A DNA stretch of 64,000 bases. It comes from Octopus vulgaris (taxonomy: Eukaryota). The stretch is taken from assembly GCA_951406725.2 (NCBI GenBank), contig OX597834.1, positions 18,166,001-18,230,000 on the forward strand, in the 5' to 3' direction. Shown one piece after another: positions 11,648-26,063 of this stretch. The notes under the pieces were generated by a model. That model saw nothing but the letters and a program-made list of their open reading frames with translations. It searched no databases and was not told the origin of the DNA. Position 1 is the stretch's first letter, and each line of letters begins with the position of its first letter. Position numbers and translations under genes: made by a program.

Positions 11648-13096
11648 ATGCAAGAGAGAGCTTAGTACAAAAGTCTAATTATTGCTGGAGAACACAAAGA
11701 TTTGTTTTCTCCTTGTCTATGTCATATCTCCTGTCAAACTCTTCAAACAGAACAACGTTTAAAACAACATGACCTTCTTGTAGACTGGAGGAGATGATTT
11801 TTCGTGTCAGATGCCATGTTGTCTGCAACTGATAAAAACCTGTTGAATGCGCTTCTTTGCAAAATAGATTTGAAACTATTGTTGGTTGTAATGGCTACTG
11901 AGGATAAGAATGTTATTTAAGGATGAGGATAATGGTGGAGTAGTTAGTGCTGATGATGATGTAGATGATGGTGATATAAATAGTGATGATGATGTTAGAA
12001 ATGATCATCATGGTATTACATCATCATCATCATCATTTAATGTCCACCTTCCATGCTGGTATGGGTAGGACAGTTTGATGGGAGCCAGCCAGGCAGAAGC
12101 CGGCACCAGGCTTTTGTGACTGTTTTGGCTGGATTTTTTACAGCTGGATGCCTTTCCTAACACCAACCACTGAGCAGAGTGGACTTAGTGCTTTTTACGT
12201 GGCACAAACACAGGTGAGGTCAGTTAGGGCAAGGTTTTTACAGTCGGATGACCTTCCAAATGCCAACCACTTTACAGTGTGGACTGGATGCTTATTAAGT
12301 GGCACCTGCACTAATAGGATCACCAAGTAACCTGCAAAACAAAAGCCTTTTTAGAGGGGAGGGGACATTGGAGGAGATGATTTTTGTGTCTGATGATGAA
12401 AGGTTATAATGAGACTGAGAGACAGAAACATGTGTCTTGCTGTAGAGGAGGTACAAAGTTAACTGGCCGGAGAGGGAGTATTACAAATAATGATAAATGC
12501 CCTAATGCAATACCAGGCACTGGCTCTCTTAACTGATTGGAAGTGTTATCATGTACATGTTCTGTCTTGGTATATAAGATGGGCTACAGCAAATATTCTG
12601 CTCAATACCACAGATTTGCTTGTCAGTTCTTTGACCTTAACCAGTTGAGCTTGTCCCTTGCTGGCTGACGATATATGTGCATCTCTGATCATGAGCAGGA
12701 GTAAGGAGAGGGAGCATCATAGCCATGTGTTGATAGGAATTCTTTGAGGTTTGAATAATTCACCTCTGGAAACATGGGTGTTTCGTTCATCAGCCTTAAC
12801 ATTTTTGATACCAACCTAATACAAACCTTATTCAGGGACCTTTTGAGTGGGATGGGCTACTCAACTTGAAGAAAATTTTAACTGGGCTCCACATGCTAGA
12901 TTATGCACTGTTTATCTTGATATGAGATCACCATGTTGTGCACATATGGTTGTGCTGTAGATGCTTGGTGTACCCTTATCAAACAGGTAATCATGTTGGG
13001 TATATTGGGCTTCATATGTTTGTACTCCAGTGTCACTTTGGTTTGCATGTGCTGCTCTCTCACTCAGTAATAATAATAATAATAATATATATACAT

Positions 13097-13495
13097 AGGC
13101 GCAGGAGTGGCTGTGTGGTAAGTAGCTTGCTTACCAACCACATGGTTCCAGGTTCAGTCCCACTGCGTGGCACCTTGGGCAAGTGTCTTCTACTATAGCC
13201 TCGGGCCGACCAATGCCTTGTGAGTGGATTTGGTAGACGGAAACTGAAAAGAAGCCCATCGTATATATGTATATATATATATATATATATTCGTGTGTCT
13301 GTGTTTGTCCCCCCAACATCGCATGACAACCGATGCTAGTGTGTTTACGTCCCTGTAACTTAGCGGTTCGGCAAAAAGAGACCGATAGAATAAGTACAAG
13401 GATTACAAAGAATAAGACCTGGGGTTGATTTGCTCAACTAAAAGGTGGTGCTCCAGCATGGCCATAGTCAAATGACTGAAACAAGTAAAAGAGTA
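13097..13495 (+). mobile_element. SINE family A, full length
   Basis: Closely matches the other family A copies. Confidence 0.88.
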
Positions 13496-14339
13496 TATGA
13501 TGTTACTAATGTTGATGGTGATGGATATTATAGTTATGATGATGATGATGATGAGAAATAATATACGATTAATGAATAAGAAATATTTATAAATTATATT
13601 TTTATGAAATATTACATTGATGTGTTGGCATGATTAATTAGTGTATATCACAGTTATTGGGAAATTAGTTTGTTTCCTGGAACATCATTGATTCATCTTT
13701 TCAATTAGTTAGCTATAATTGTGCGAATCATAATATATAATTATTAATTTCTATCATAGGAACATGGCTTCAGACTTTCTGTGTTTGCATGTGTGCACCT
13801 GTGTGTGTACCTGTGTGTGTACCTGTGTGTGTGTGTGTGTGTGTGTGTAGAATGGGTGGGAGCGATAGGAGAAGAATTGGTTATAACAGTCCCTATTGAA
13901 AAGATGAGATATTAAAGGTGATCATTACTTGTATATATTAGCATATAATTATTGAGGGGTGGCATGCCCAAGTGGATAAAAGATGTTGTTTAAAGAGTGT
14001 GTGTGCATACAACACTCTATTTCATATTCACTTTTCTATGACTATATTTTGAATGAAATATGTTCCCAATGTTTTTCAATTAATTTTGAAAATGAATTTT
14101 TTTGTTTGTTCCTATTTTACATGGCCAGCACTATGTTAAAAGCAATTGTGCTGGTGCCACCTAAAAAGCATGTGTTGGTGCCATGTAAAGAGAGCACCTG
14201 TGCCAGTGCCACGTAGAAGCACCCTTGCCGATGCCATGAAAAAGGCACCCAGTACCCTCTGTAAAGTGGTTGGTGTTAGGAATGGCATCTGACCATAGAG
14301 ACCATGTCAAAACAGACAACTGGGGCCTAGTGCGGCTTT

Positions 14340-14530
14340 CTGGTTTACCACGAAAGCAAGGTCGACCAAAGAAAACGTGGAAGGGACAGGAGGAGGAGGA
14401 GATTGGGAGGTTTGGCTTGAGGAGAGAGGACGCCCAAAAGCGGGCAAGATGGTACGAGAACAGTTGCTGTAAGAGTGAGGCAGATCTGGCCACCCTTGTT
14501 AATGGGGACAAACCCAGATTTAAAATATTG
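14340..14530 (+). mobile_element. C-terminal fragment of an RTE-like LINE inserted within a family C repeat (14140-14600)
   Basis: Peptide RKQGRPKKTW...GLRREDAQKRARW is typical of RTE ORF ends; family C sequence lies on both sides. Confidence 0.6.
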
Positions 14531-14965
14531 GAATTCACACCTCCAGTCAAACTGTCCAATCCATGTCAGCAGGGAAAGTGGAAATTAAATTATGATGAAG
14601 ATAATTTATTAAATTAACTACTTAATAAACCAGTCTCTGGAATGTACCATAGAGTTCTCTTCACATGAAATTATTAGTTCCATTTCCACACACATTTTTT
14701 CTTGCAGATCTTCAGGCTCTGTATCGGTCACATCAATCTTACTAATCAAAAAGGATCTGAAGCAATTAGGGACACACTCTCTCTCTTCCCTCTGAAGAAA
14801 TAACAGTTTCAAATTACACTGGGCCAGCACTTTTTTGAGGAGAAGGGAGAAGCCAATTATATTGATTCCAGTACTTGGCTGGTACTTATTTTATTGATTC
14901 CAAACGGATGAAAGGTAGTTGGCCTCAGCAGAACTCGAGCTTAGAATGTAAAGGCAGAAGAAGTA

Positions 14966-15199
14966 CCTATTTCTTTACTACCCACAAGGGGCTAAGCACA
15001 GAGAGGACAAACAAGGTCAGACAAACGAATTAAGTCGATTATATCGACCCTAGTGCATAACTGGTACTTAATTTATCGACCCCGAAAGGATGAAGGGCAA
15101 AGTCGACCTCGGTGGAATTTGAACCCAGAACGTAACGGCAGATGAAATACGGCTACGCATTTCGCCCGGCGTGCTATCGTTTCTGCCAGCTTGCCACCT
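14966..15199 (-). mobile_element. tRNA-headed SINE family B (~230 bp)
   Basis: Head GGCGGCGAGCTGGCAGAA..GTTAGC, B box GAGTTCAAATTCC, core GCCTTTCATCCTTTCGGGGTCGATAAA..AAGTACCAG (reminiscent of Sauria/Meta-SINE cores; inference), tail TAAAGAAATAGG. Confidence 0.85.
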
Positions 15200-15710
15200 T
15201 CCTCTGAATAAATAATTCTTTCTTCTATAGGCACAAGGCCTGAAATTTGGGGGGAGGTGAATAGTTGATTACATAGACCCCAGTGGTTGACTGGTATTTT
15301 TTTCATTGACCCCCAAAAGGACGAAAGGCAAAGTCAGACTAAGTGGCATTTGAACACAGGATGTGAAGACGGGTGAAATGCCTGTGAGCATTTTGTCCAG
15401 CAGGCTAATAATTCTGTTGGTTTTCCCAATTTCCTTTGATTAAATAAGAAGATGCAAATATAAGAAAGTGGTTTTAAGTGGGTTGTCATGAAAAGGAGTA
15501 AACCTCATCACAAACAGGGTGTCCAACACTGAGTGGACATCTTGCTTGGCTGTGAAGAGAATGTCCAGTATATTTATTAGCTTTATGTGTGTGTTGTGTT
15601 ATGAATGATCATTATATGTCAAATGACTGGAATATTGAGAGACACACCTAAACACCACAAGGCATTTTGTCTGACCCTGATGGTTCCATGGATTTATCAA
15701 CATCCTATTA

Positions 15711-15940
15711 TTTCTTTATTGCCCACCAGGGGCTAAACACAGAGGGGACAAACAAGGACAGACAAATGGATTAAGTCGATTACATCGAACCCAGTGCGAA
15801 ACTGGTACTTTATTTATCGACCCCGAAAGGATGAAAGGCAAAGTCGACCTCGACGGAATTTGAACTCAGAACGTAACGACAGACGAAATACCGCTAAGCA
15901 TTTCGCCTGGCGCGCTAACGTGTCTGCCAGCTCGCTGCCT
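15711..15940 (-). mobile_element. SINE family B with TSD TTATCAAC(A/C)TCCTATTA
   Basis: Full-length reverse copy flanked by a near-perfect 17-bp direct repeat. Confidence 0.85.
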
Positions 15941-17009
15941 TATCAACCTCCTATTATATGTTCATCGTGATACACATAATTTCATTCCCATCAGAGACTA
16001 TTGCATTCTCTTTTTCATTTGTAATGCTTATATCATGTAATTTATATATCCTAACAATCAGTGATTATTTACGTTAATAAAAAGTATAATTTAAGTGTAC
16101 AATTGCACATACATTTGCTTGCTTACACGCATGTACATACACACACAAGCTTACACATGTCCCTTCTCATGCACACAAATACACACAGACGCATTGAAGT
16201 ATATAGATACATACTGTTAAAAACATACTTTTACAAACACACACACACATTCTATTATAAACACATGCTGTTACGAACATGTACACACTGTCACAAACAC
16301 ACATCTGTGCATTAGAAGCAATAAAATTGATAGCTTAAAAGTTTCTAATACATTTCAGAAATATTATAGTTTTGGATACCAAATAAGTGTGATATTTCAT
16401 GTGGTTACTATTAGCTTCTATACGTATATACACAAACTAATGCTGCTTAAACATACATCCTGCATATTGGGTGAATGTGCTACAGAATATATATGTTAGT
16501 CATTAAGAATATAATATGCAAAGCTAAATGTCTAAAAGCAGTAAAAACGTGTCAAAAAGACATGCACACTTCCTCAATTACATAACACCAGAGAGAATGC
16601 TGGTATTTCCCCTCTAAACATTTTAAAGGCAAACCAGAATACTCTCAGCATTGTTATGAGTGAACGAAGACCTGAAATGCTGGTGTAGTTAAGCATTGTT
16701 ATCAACATCCTGTGATACTTCAATGAGATGGAATATCAGTGGTGACAAATCATTGTGACCAGTCCAGCTCCTTTAAATGTTTCAGTGCCACTGGCTGAAA
16801 AACATAATTAACCAGTAAATTATATTTCGGGATTTTATTCCCATTGGCTATGGATGGATACAGTAGCCTCCATTTCTTTCACAGCATTTAGCATGTATAC
16901 TGGTGCAAAAGAAATCACTAATGTTCTTTAGAAGACATCTACCTCTAACCCAAGCAGGCCTCTTTCCATCATTCCAGGACAGTCTCACTGACTTCAGAGT
17001 TGAGCGGGT

Positions 17010-17406
17010 ATTCATCAGAATCGAAATCGATCAACATCAATGGAAATTGCAGCTGTGAAACCAGTGCCAGTGGCACGTAAGTGAACCATCCGAACGTGGC
17101 CATTGCCGGTGGCACCATCCGATCGTGGCCGTTGCCAGCCTCGCCTGGCCCCCGTGCCGGTGGCACGTAAAAAGCACCATCCGACTTTGGCCGTTTGCCA
17201 GCCCCGTCTGGCACCTGCGCCGGTGGCACGTAAAAAGCACCCACGACACTCACGGAGTGGTTGGCGTTAGGAAGGGCATCCAGCCGTAGAAACATTGCCA
17301 GATCAGACTGGGCCTGGTGCAGCCTTCTGGCTTCCCAGATCCCAGTTGAACCATCCAACCAATGCTAGCATGGAAAGTGGACACTAAATGATGATGATGA
17401 TGATGA
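17010..17406 (+). mobile_element. Repeat family C (LINE 3'UTR-derived; (GAT)n tail; internal GTGCCGGTGGCACGTAAAAAGCACC units)
   Basis: Near-identical copies at 30684-31101(+), 38893-39110(+), 43416-43710(-), 5389-5580(-), 9901-10120(-) and 10871-11026(-); all share the 3' end and differ in 5' truncation. Confidence 0.85.
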
Positions 17407-18599
17407 TCTTGATGTGGTGAGTGAAGTGATCCTACATTCAGTTGACATTCATCAAGGCACCCAGAATCGAGGGGCTTGCTGCATTGACAATTCATTTCCC
17501 TACAGATATCAGCTGTTAAACTATTGATGCTTGCCAAAGGTTATGCATTAATATCAGTCCTGAGAAAATTTAACACTTGTATAATATTTGTGACATCTTG
17601 AACATTGATCAAATACTTAAGGAGAGTAAAAAAAGGTTTTGACTATAAATTATCCTAAATTTTTTCATTTGCCCCAGAACTAACAAGAGAAGCGTATCCA
17701 CTGTAATTCTATCTTCATCTAGCTATCTTTTGGAGAAAGTCCATGTTGAAAAGGAGGGTATATTGCCCACCATGAAAAGGAGCAGTTGTGAATTGGAGAA
17801 AGGCATCTGCATAAAGCCAGACTCGTTAATCATTTTGGCAAGACTTCCTGGTCAAGAGGTTCTGAAGTGTGTTTAACATTGACCAGACTCTCTAGTTTGT
17901 TATAAATTACTTCATGAAAAAGAAACAAGACAGGCTTTTCTCATATGTTATTGGTAAACTTCAGAATTTAGTATTAAACCCAGAAAATGATGATTTTTTT
18001 TTTTTTTTTTATAAATAACATGACCTGATATTTCTAGTCTTGCACACACTACTAACATTATTAAGAATATTTGATAGTTTGTTACCATGGTTACTAAGTC
18101 TGTCTCAGTCCGTTTTTATTTTCATGATGTCCTCAGAAACTCATTCAATTAGATTAATTTATATAAAATTTGATCCCATTCATAAGCTTCCTTTGATGTC
18201 TCACCCTATAGAATATGCAGAATATTAAAAAGTGTGTATGGCAAAGGCTTTTGTAGTTGAAACACAGTAAGTATAATCAGAGAAGCTGTGAGGGGATGCA
18301 TTGTGGGAGGGGAATAGTACACAGCTTGTTGGATAAGTTAGAAACCATTGCGGTGCCACTTGAAGAGACAGAGGACGTAGCATGTTGTGTGCTGGTTGTT
18401 ATAGTGTGTTAATGAATAATGTTTGTCATTCATTCAATTGACATTGTTTTGTGAAGGTGCAATCACGGTGTTTGTGTGTAGCAGATGCTTTGTCTGATAT
18501 ATGTGACTAGTATTCTAATATGCAGTTCACCTGTGTCGTACAGATGATGTATGTGTGTGTATGCCAGCAGCTGTTCCAAGCTCTGAATTATGTTTTATT

Positions 18600-18727
18600 G
18601 TTCAGTCCCACTGCGTGGCATCTTGGGCAAGTGTCTTCTGCTGTAGCCCCGGGCCGACCCATGCCTTGTGAGTGGATTTGGTAGACAGAAACTAAAAGAA
18701 GCCTGTTGTATATATGATAGAAGCCTG

Positions 18728-18789
<62 letters not shown>

Positions 18790-18995
18790 TTGTGTGTCTG
18801 CGTTTGTCCCCCTAGCATTGCTTGACAACTGATGCTGGTGTGTTTACGTCCCCGTCACTTAGCGGTTCGGCAAAAGAGACTGATAGAATAAGTACTGGGC
18901 TTACAAAGAATAAGTCCCAGGGTCGATTTGCTCGACTAAAGGCGGTGCTCCAGCATGGCCGCAGTCAAATGACTGAAACAAGTAAAAGAGTAAAG
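18600..18995 (+). mobile_element. SINE family A, 5'-truncated at the B box
   Basis: Begins GTTCAGTCCCACTGCG; the remainder matches family A. Confidence 0.85.
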
Positions 18996-21900
18996 AATCA
19001 ACTCAAACTTAACATTATTGGGTTGTACAGAAAGATCTGTCATTTTTGCCTCTGGTCAGCCCTGCTTTAGTAAAATTATCATCAAAGACACCTTAGCCAT
19101 AACCATCCTGATATTATCCTTGATATGTTATATCCAGGTGTAATGTATCAAGGGCTACATTATCCAATGTATCTTCTTTTTTTAAAGATAGTAAAATTTA
19201 ACATGAGAGAGATTTGGTTGTTATTGCTAGCGGGTCAAGCAACCCTGTTGAATCCAGCATTGAGATTGTCAGTCCAGAAGTATATTTTCCTAATTGATGT
19301 TGAATAACTAAAACAAGAATAACTTGTAATAATAGAAAGACTTAATGGCATGAAATACAAATGAAGAACTACAAGATGCTTGTCTTTCCTTTCTTTTGCT
19401 TAGACTTTAATAATCCGGTAATTCCTTTAATGTTTTAACCCTTTAACTTTCACATTATTCTGTCAAATGCAATACCTATTTATTCACATTATTTTGAATT
19501 AATTATGCATTATTCTGTGGGTTTGAGATTTTGACGAGGCAACTGTTAATTTTTAGAATTATAATGGAGGGTTGGTGTGAGAGGCCAGATACGGCCAGTT
19601 TGAACAGAAAACAGGTGGAATATTTTGGCTGGATATGGCCAGTTTAAATGCTAAAGAGTTAATCTGGAGGAAGAGGCTGTGCACATGTCCTTTGCAGGCC
19701 TTTCAAGACCACTGGCATTGATGCAATTAATATTCCTCTTGAACCAAGTAATTCTCACCTCTCTATGTTTCAGTTTCAACAAATGTGTGGAGAGTTGTTC
19801 TCTCAACATAAAGCAGTTTTTATACAACTGTCTGATGGCTCTAAACCTCATAACCATTTGATCTTTCTATTTTTTAATTGTTATTTCATGCAGGCTGCAT
19901 GTAATTTGTCAGTTAAATACAAAACCCCTTTTATTTTTGGTTTCCAATCCATTCTTTTCACTGGTTGAAGTTGCAATCTCTCAGAGTTTATTTTACACTT
20001 GTAGTTAAAAAAAAAGGAAAGAACCCTGTCAGTTCAGATGGTAGAAATGATAATGAGATGGTAGTGAGGACTAAATGGCTCACATTATGTAATTCCATTG
20101 ATGGGGAATGGATTAGTAGAATTGAAAGAGCATCAAACATATGCCTTATGTTACCTCTTTGACATTCTGCATTCAAATCCTATTGAGATTGACTATGCTT
20201 TTCATTATTCAGCAGTTAATAAAAACAACTACCATGCAAATACCGGAGTTAGTGTGTCTGACTGCTCCAGTCTCCAAATGTGAGATTTTATGTCTATGTT
20301 TGAAATAAGTATTTAGTTCTGTACCTTTAGAGTTTGAGTTCAAATCATGCCAGAGTCATCTTTGTTTTTCATCTTCATACCCTGGTTTAACCCTTTCGTT
20401 ACTGTATTTATTTTGAGATGCTCTGTGTTTCTTTCAATTAATTTTAAATATAACAGAGAATTTAGTAAAATAACTTAGTTATCATTCAGCTAGTGTTAGG
20501 AACATAAATTGTGACTAAGGTTTGGTGGAAGAATTTAATTTGATACTTATGAAAACAAGAAATTTTGTACTCAGAGCGAGAGCCGGTTTCAGCTGGGTTG
20601 GTAATGAAAGGGTTAATAAAATAAGTGTTAATCATGCACTAGAATTAATTCACTAGATCATCATCTTCCTCACAAATATACATCATCTGATATCAGTTAT
20701 ATTAACTGAATAACATAAATGCAATATGGTTTATTACAGACTGGAAAAAATAAGATTTCAGATTTTGCTGCTCCCATTGAATTTGTCCTGCTGAAATATT
20801 CCCTGTATTGTAATTCAAATGCAAATCTTTCAAATGCCATCCTCTTTATGCTAAGTTGAAAAAAGTGAAGACAGATTGATTTCTAGTTGATATATTATAC
20901 TTTGGGTACACTGTACTTACATTGTTGGTTGTTTAGCCAGTTGTTGTCTGAATAATTTTGTATTGATTTAAATATATCCATTTGTATCAAATGGCAAGCC
21001 TTTTGTACTATAGAAAACAAAAAACCTATTGTTACTAGTAACTGAATAATATCCCTAACTCTAAAATATTAACAGTTTTTGATGCCATGTGATACAATCA
21101 TTTATTTGTTTGTGTTACATTTGCTCATCGGCAAACAAAAAATATTTAAAACAGAAGTTTCTGACAAGCAATAATGACATGAGTTTATGTCAACGCTTGT
21201 CAGATGAAACATGAAGGATTATCATAAGAATAAAATATATCCAACAGAGTGGTTTCTATATTGATTTATCTGAGTGCAACATTGTGAACTCAGAAATTTG
21301 TTGACAGTTATACAACCAGTACTCTTATTACTTGTGTCCTGGGTATGAGCTTAAACTGCATCTGGTTGTAGGGCCCTGATTTGAGAGTTCTAGGGTTTTG
21401 AGGAATATGGAATCCCCTCTTAGCCACTATTATTCCTAGGTCTATTCTGACCCAGAGTAGTAGCATTTTTCAGGGTTCCAGCTATGGGTTAATTAGCATG
21501 TCATGGAATTTCCCCTGGAAGAAGGTCAATTACAATCATCCTAATAGATCCAGGGCAGATGAGGCCCTTCAGCTCTTTAGCTGGCCTTCCTGATAACTAC
21601 TGGGCTCATGGTATTTGTTGCACCAGACCAATACAAGTTTGAAGAGAGTGGGATTGTCTCTGCACAAGCCATGCTTACTATAATAATATTCATGATGTAA
21701 GTTGTTCAGCAATCTGAATCCTTATTTGTCCAAGTGAGAGAGATTTATAGCTCTATTACTGCTGGTCTACTGTAAGATTTAAGAGTTTTTACTAAAGACA
21801 TAACATTGCCCCTTTGACAGATACTGACTACAGAATTTGCAGCCAGTAGGTTCACTTCTAACAATTGTGTGTCCGTGTAAATTTAGTGGTAAAGGGCAGG

Positions 21901-22392
21901 AGTAAATTTTTTGCAAATTGCATAAAGTGGTTTTAATTCATGGCTGAGCAAGTACTTTCTCCCGTAACTTTGGGTTGACTAGGCTATAGGTGCAGGTGTG
22001 GCTGTGTGGTTAGGAACTTTGCTTCCTAATCTCTTGGTTTCATGGTCAGTCCCACAGTGTGACATCTTGGGCAAGTGTCTTCTTGCTATGGCCCCGGGCT
22101 AAGCAAAGCTTTGTGAATGGATTTGGCAGATGGAATGGAATGGAAACTGAAAGAAGCTCATCGTGTGTGTGTGTGTGTTCAGCTATGGGCTTCCACATAG
22201 TTTCCGTCTAAGGTTGCTGGGAGACATACTGTTTATTGTGTATTGCATACACACCATTTTACAGTCAAGAAACTCAGAGCATGTTACCTAAAAAATGTTT
22301 ATCAGTTAAATGTTAAAAGTAAAGCAAATTCCTCTCAATTTATGCTCTTGCAATGATATGTATAGAAAAACAAAAATGATGAAATTTTAAAC

Positions 22393-22538
22393 CAGGCATG
22401 GCAAGCCTTTTTCAAGAAGTAGGCCATATGTGACATGGATCATCATCAGGTTGGTTGCACAACTAAACAAATTCAAAGTAATCTTTTATTAGGTGTGCCA
22501 CAAAGAAAGTCCTGTGGACCACAGTTTACCCATAACTG
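22393..22538. mobile_element. Short hAT-like MITE (second copy at 52461-52604)
   Basis: CAG...CTG termini; 8-bp flanks TTTTAAAC/GTTTAAAC here and ATCTAAGA/ATCTAAGG at the second copy; the two interiors are similar. Confidence 0.65.
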
Positions 22539-24042
22539 GTTTAAACCAAATAATACTTTGACATGCTGATGAAAAGTGAACGTCGAAAGGTAAAAACTTG
22601 TACCGTTTATGATTCACCTAGGGAGTTTCTTATTACAATATAGAAGCATTATTATGCGAGAAATTAGAAAAATATAAAAAGTATTTTTTTCTATTTGTCA
22701 GACATTATTTCAAAATGTAATTGAGTACAAAAATATCTTTAAGTGTAACTCATGATTAAAACTCACTAATCTTTAATGAAAAATAAATACAGTACTTGCC
22801 AGTGCATAAGATGTGCTTTTATTATTTTTAAATACTTCAAAAAATTGTCCTGCATCTAATGTGGCTGTATTATGATCGGGAGGCCAAGTGCCATAGACTA
22901 GGGAGCTGTATGAGTATAAGTTAGGCACAGTTATTGTTTCTAATGATAATAAAATATTGAAGACAAACCAAATTTATCACAAGTTGTTATTACAAACTTA
23001 TAATAAAGTGCTGATAGTTTGCTAGCAATCATGTAATGAGATCACTTCTTCTCATTATACCTCCTTCTTCAGCATTTATAACCCACACCTGGTATATCTT
23101 ACAATGACTGTGTTACCTTTAAGAAACATTTAAAAAATTATTTAAATGAAAAATCCTCGTTGAAAGGTGAAACCGATATCAAAACTTTCACCCACCTTTC
23201 AATTAGTTGCAATGAGTGGATGAGATCAAAACTCCACCCTGGTTGTGGATTGTGGTAACATAAAACTTCACAACCAGAAATATGAGTTTTACATCTGGTG
23301 TGGGAATTCTCTTGATGAAAATATAAACGTCTATACAGCTAAACGGAAACAAGATAAAGATGAAATACAATATTCCCATAACGTAATTTGTTTATGACAA
23401 ATTTAGTTTTTCATGCTTTATTTCAGTAAACTGTCCATTGTATTTACAGAGACAGACTCGTACATTTTCCCTCACAAAACCACCTTAAACATCTTTCAAT
23501 AAGTGTATAATGAAACATGCTAATTTTTTTTTTCTCACAAAATGTGCTTGCAAAATAGGGGTTCATCAAAGGTGAGAGTGCAAATTAGGGGTTCATCTAA
23601 GGTGAGAGTGCATTTGATATGCTTGCAAATACAATGCCTTTTCATCAAACATGTCCCTCCCATTGATAATATGAACTAATTCAATGAAAAAACAATTGTA
23701 CTAGTTTTCTTTTTTTTTGTTTCAATTTATTTAACATAATTTCTGTTATCAAAGTGATGAGCTGGCAGAATCGTTTGCATGCTCGGCAAAATGCTTAGCA
23801 TCATTTCATCCAGTTTTACATTAAATTTCACTGAGGTTGACTTTGTCTTTCTTCCTTTCGGGGTTGATAAAATAAGTACCTGCTGAACACTGGGAGTCAA
23901 TGTAATTGACTGGCCCCCTCCCCTAAACTTGCTGACCTTCTGCCAGACTTTGAAACCATTATTACCTATTTATGGATTTTTTTCTCTCAGTATGATTATT
24001 ATTATTACTAGTAGTAGTATTTATATAATTTTTTTTTCTTTG

Positions 24043-24430
24043 ACTTCTTTCAGTCATTGGACTGCAGCCCTACTGGGACATCACATTGAAGGGCTTAGTC
24101 AAACAAATCGACCCCAGTACTTGTCTTTAAATCTGGCACTTATTTTATCAGTCTCTTTTACCGAACTGCTTAGTTGTAGAGGGGCTGCTGAAACGAACCA
24201 ACACTGGTTGTCATGGGTTGGTGGAGAACAATCACAAATCAACACACACACACACACATTTATGATAGGCTTCCGTACAGTTTCCACCTTCCAAATTCGC
24301 TCACAAGGTATTACTTGGCCCTGGGCTGTAGTAGAAGCCACTTGCCCAAAGTGCTGCACAGAGGGACTGAACCTGAAACCAGAAGGTTGCAAAGCAAGCT
24401 TCTTAACTACACAGCCATGCATGCACCTAT
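24043..24430 (-). mobile_element. SINE family A, older diverged copy
   Basis: Reverse-complement similarity along the full length. Confidence 0.75.
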
Positions 24431-24959
24431 TTACTTATTTTTGTTTTTGTGTTCATGTAGCCTTCATTAAGGGATCAAATATTCTATGAAGGTGTCAATA
24501 AGCAAAAATATTTGGAGGACTCTTTTGTATGGAGTTAGTCTAACTGTTAGAACAGGCAATTTAATCACCCTACCATCTTAAGAGCAGAAGGACATGTGAT
24601 GTGTTATGTGGTCCTGTGATCTGCTCAGTCAGAACTGACCTAGGGTTAAACAACAACAACTGCATCTGCTGCTCCACAACTTTAATAATAATAGTAATAA
24701 TAAGGATAATTATGATGATTGAGTAGCGAATGAACAATTGTGGTTGCTTTTTGTAATAAGAAAGAAAGAAAACAAACAAACAGGCAAATCCTGTGTTTTT
24801 TGTCACAAATGTCTGTCCTAATAACGAACATCTATACTTCTCTCTATAGTAAAAATTAATGAACTTCTTTCACTCATTGTAGCAATTAGGCATTTAATTG
24901 TCTTCTTTGTTGCTATCTCTGAATAGCTATTATTCACTCCCTCTCTCTCTCTTGCTCTC

Positions 24960-24991
<32 letters not shown>

Positions 24992-26063
24992 GCTTTTCTC
25001 CCCTTCTCTCCTTCCTCTTTTTTCCTCTCCTCTCCCAAGTTCTCTTTCTCGCTCTTTCAAGATTTTTCTCTCTCCTTTGCCTCCCTGTTTTATGCTCTCT
25101 GTTTCTCCTTTCTCATAAATCTCACTTTTCCCTGCATTTACAGTTTCTCTCTCCCCTTCTCTCTTTATTTCTCCATCTTCCTTTTACACACACACACTCT
25201 CTCTCCCTGTTTCATTTCCCCTTTGTACACCTCTCACTACCCTCTACCCTTACCATTTGCTGCTGTCATCACTTTTCCTCTTTTTCTCTGATCATTCTGT
25301 CCCCATTTAGCTAGTTCCCTCCTGCTTCTTTTGTGCCTCAAGAAGAACTACTTCTTAACTCTGCCAGAAAGAGATATACCAAACAATCTTGTTTTCATTG
25401 GAAATCTGGTGTTCTTTATTGGCAGGAATGCTGTACAGAGAGAGAGAGAGAGAGAGAGAGAGATGGTTGTGATGTCACCTAGACATACATAAACACATTT
25501 TTTCTTTGCAAACAAAGCCCTTAGAATACACACACTATTCTGTGTCATGCCTGTACAATAAGATTTGGTGGGACATTTTTGTGGCTTCTAGTGATGTTTA
25601 AAAAGATATTTATAAGACAAAAGGGTTTTTTGTTAAGACAGTAAGCAAAAAAAATGGGGTGGGAAATGTATACTTCAGTATGGCTACTGTCCAATAAAAG
25701 AGTAAAGTGTGTGTGTGTGTGTGTGTATTTATGTATGTGTGTATACATTCACTCACACATACATACCTACCTTACCTTTACTGTTGTCAATCACTTCTGT
25801 TGCCAGTCACCACCTACTCTTACCTTCATTCACCTCTGCTACTGTCAGTCATCTCCTATCTACTGTGCCCCTAATAATCCCACCTTTTCCATCATACTCT
25901 TGCTCCTTTCACCCACTCATTCTAGCCTTTCTACTGGCTTCATCCTTTCCCTCACTTTCTCTCTGTCTGTCTCTGTGTGTCTCTCTCTCTCTCCGTCCTC
26001 CCTGTTCTTTAGTTACCTGAGGAAATGTACTCACCCTAGGTTACTGAGTTTTCTCTACTTGCG

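Noticed and set aside
13097-13175. tRNA-like heads of SINE families A and B
   Set aside because: They have A/B boxes but continue into SINE bodies and lack a complete cloverleaf; not tRNA genes.
13060-13329. Recurrent ORFs such as ...RRHLPKVPRSGTEPGTMWLVSKLLTTQP and MDGSTGVWEARRLHQAQ...
   Set aside because: Chance frames of SINE A and family C copies that recur with frameshifts at many loci.
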